NCBI GenBank assembly: GCA_963843975.1
Contig: CAWJMG010000001.1
Location: 1,385,532 to 1,417,531, forward strand
DNA: 32,000 bases
Direction: 5' to 3'
Source: an uncultured Actinomycetes bacterium
Lineage (GTDB): Bacteria; Actinomycetota; Actinomycetes; S36-B12; CAIYMF01
The notes below the pieces were generated by a model, which was not told the origin of the DNA, did not search any database, and saw only the letters and a program-made list of their open reading frames with translations. A program made the translations under genes and the position numbers. This document shows positions 31,032 through 32,000 of the stretch, piece by piece (position 1 is the first letter of the stretch; each line of letters opens with the position of its first letter).

Positions 31032-31967
31032 GTGGCGGACGTGCGGTGGCTCATGGTGCTCACCGAGAACGAGGCGATCCTGGATCCGCGTGACCTCGGT
31101 GCGCTCGTGGACCTCGCCGCGACCGCCGAGGCCAACGGGGTCGACGGCGTCCAGCTCTCCGAGCACGTCGCGCTCGGCCGCGACTCCGGTGCTGCAGGCG
31201 AGATGCACAACCCCCGCGACTACGCCGCCCCCGGCAACCAGTCGCCGGCGTACCCGTGGCCGAGCAGCATCGTGCTGATGTCGGCCATCGCCCAGGCGAC
31301 GTCGTCCCTGCGCCTCGTCGCCGGAGCGATCATCGCGCCGCTCCGGCACCCGCTGCTGCTCGCCAAGGAGCTCGGCACCCTCGATCTCCTGTCCCAGGGC
31401 CGGCTCGTGGTCCTGCCGACGGTGAGCTGGTCGAAGGACGAGTACGCCGCCCTCGGCGTCCCGTTCGCCGAGCGCGGCCGCATCCTCGACGAGCAGCTCG
31501 AGGTGCTCGCGAAGTCCTGGGGACCGTTCCCCATCAGCCACGCCGGCCCCCGGTTCCCCTTCACCGACGTCTGGCTCGAGCCGGGTGCGCACACGCAGGC
31601 CGGTCCGCCCTTCTGGTTCGGCGGCCAGGGGATGCCACCGCACGTCGTACGCCGGATCGCCCGCTACGGCAGCGGCCTCAACCCCTTCGGCCGTCTCACC
31701 GACGCCGACATGGCCGCGCTGGCCGCCGGCATGCGCGAGGCGGGCCGCGACCCCGGCGAGCTCGAGCTCGTGGGCGGGATCCAAGGCACGTTCACCGGCC
31801 CGGACGACGTCGCCGACGTCGACGTCGCCCTCGCCGACCTGCCCCGCCAGCTCGAGCAGGGCTTCACCACGATCTGCTTCAAGCCCTCGATGTTCGTGCG
31901 CTCCGTCGACGAGGTGCCCGCGCTCTGCCGCCACCTCGTCGCCGAGGGTCGCCGCCTCTCGTCGTAG
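31032..31967 (+). CDS. LLM class (luciferase-like) flavin/F420-dependent oxidoreductase
   Basis: Luciferase-like monooxygenase fold sequence (GVDGVQLSEHVALG, LRLVAGAIIAPLRHPLLLAKELGTLDLLSQGRLVV). The start is uncertain: GTG 31032 sits 7 nt after GGAGGG, and the alternatives are ATG 31017, GTG 31041 and ATG 31053. The track start at 30996 lies inside the repeat hairpin. Confidence 0.78.
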   Translation: MADVRWLMVLTENEAILDPRDLGALVDLAATAEANGVDGVQLSEHVALGRDSGAAGEMHNPRDYAAPGNQSPAYPWPSSIVLMSAIAQATSSLRLVAGAIIAPLRHPLLLAKELGTLDLLSQGRLVVLPTVSWSKDEYAALGVPFAERGRILDEQLEVLAKSWGPFPISHAGPRFPFTDVWLEPGAHTQAGPPFWFGGQGMPPHVVRRIARYGSGLNPFGRLTDADMAALAAGMREAGRDPGELELVGGIQGTFTGPDDVADVDVALADLPRQLEQGFTTICFKPSMFVRSVDEVPALCRHLVAEGRRLSS

Positions 31968-32000
31968 GCACCCTCCGCTCACCCTGATCAAACCGTCGCT

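Noticed and set aside
29034-31991. 985-aa ORF on the minus strand, the longest in the window
   Set aside because: It is antisense to four well-supported plus-strand genes (hpaD-like, FAH, LLM and the end of hpaE). Its product is Arg/Gly/Ala/Asp-rich low-complexity sequence with no motifs. This is the typical GC-rich shadow ORF. The same applies to 783..2228 +, 7619..9325 +, 9286..11481 +, 18602..19762 -, 20730..22037 -, 23669..25738 -, 23833..25209 +, 25216..26604 - and 27059..29161 -.
1-32000. Search for tRNA, rRNA, CRISPR arrays, transposases/integrases, phage genes, toxin-antitoxin pairs or defence-system genes
   Set aside because: I could recognise none. There are no regularly spaced direct repeats, no cloverleaf-like or rRNA-like low-GC structured stretches, and every long ORF with coding-like composition matches a metabolic, transport or regulatory family.

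Overview
Very GC-rich, actinobacterial-type chromosomal DNA; third codon positions are almost all G/C, so most long antisense ORFs in the track are artefacts. I found no rRNA, tRNA, CRISPR array, transposase or integrase. I support about 30 protein genes. Left third: a membrane alpha/beta-hydrolase, a marR-MFS pair, tsaC/sua5, a long FadE5-type acyl-CoA dehydrogenase, a two-gene ABC-2 exporter, rsgA, a GlxA-type regulator and a methyltransferase. Middle: a TetR gene with two DinB/mycothiol-type genes, a ferredoxin reductase and a serine hydrolase. From about 18.5 kb to the right edge lies a dense catabolic region. It holds a cytochrome P450, a VanB/PDR-type reductase, a VanA-type Rieske-like protein and an acetoacetate-decarboxylase-family protein, then a MarR/DoxX pair. 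Next come a glutamine-synthetase-like gene with two amidotransferase-fold genes and a MarR, then HpaE/HpaD/FAH-like homoprotocatechuate meta-cleavage genes and an LLM oxidoreductase. Main observations: (1) An 18-bp palindrome (TCGTTCGG-N2-CCGAACGA) occurs five times, only in promoter gaps, and links the P450 operon, the gamma-glutamyl genes and the hpa genes into one putative regulon. (2) Both redox-partner genes near the P450 carry single-base +1 frameshifts, each at a GAAGCT hexamer. (3) The Rieske-like protein has lost one Rieske His ligand and both mononuclear-iron His ligands. (4) A 60-nt palindromic intergenic element is present twice, 23 kb apart. (5) Several other paired operators and hairpins are present, and all four local repressor genes look leaderless. 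All functional calls rest on motifs read from the translations and on recalled family knowledge. No database search was run.
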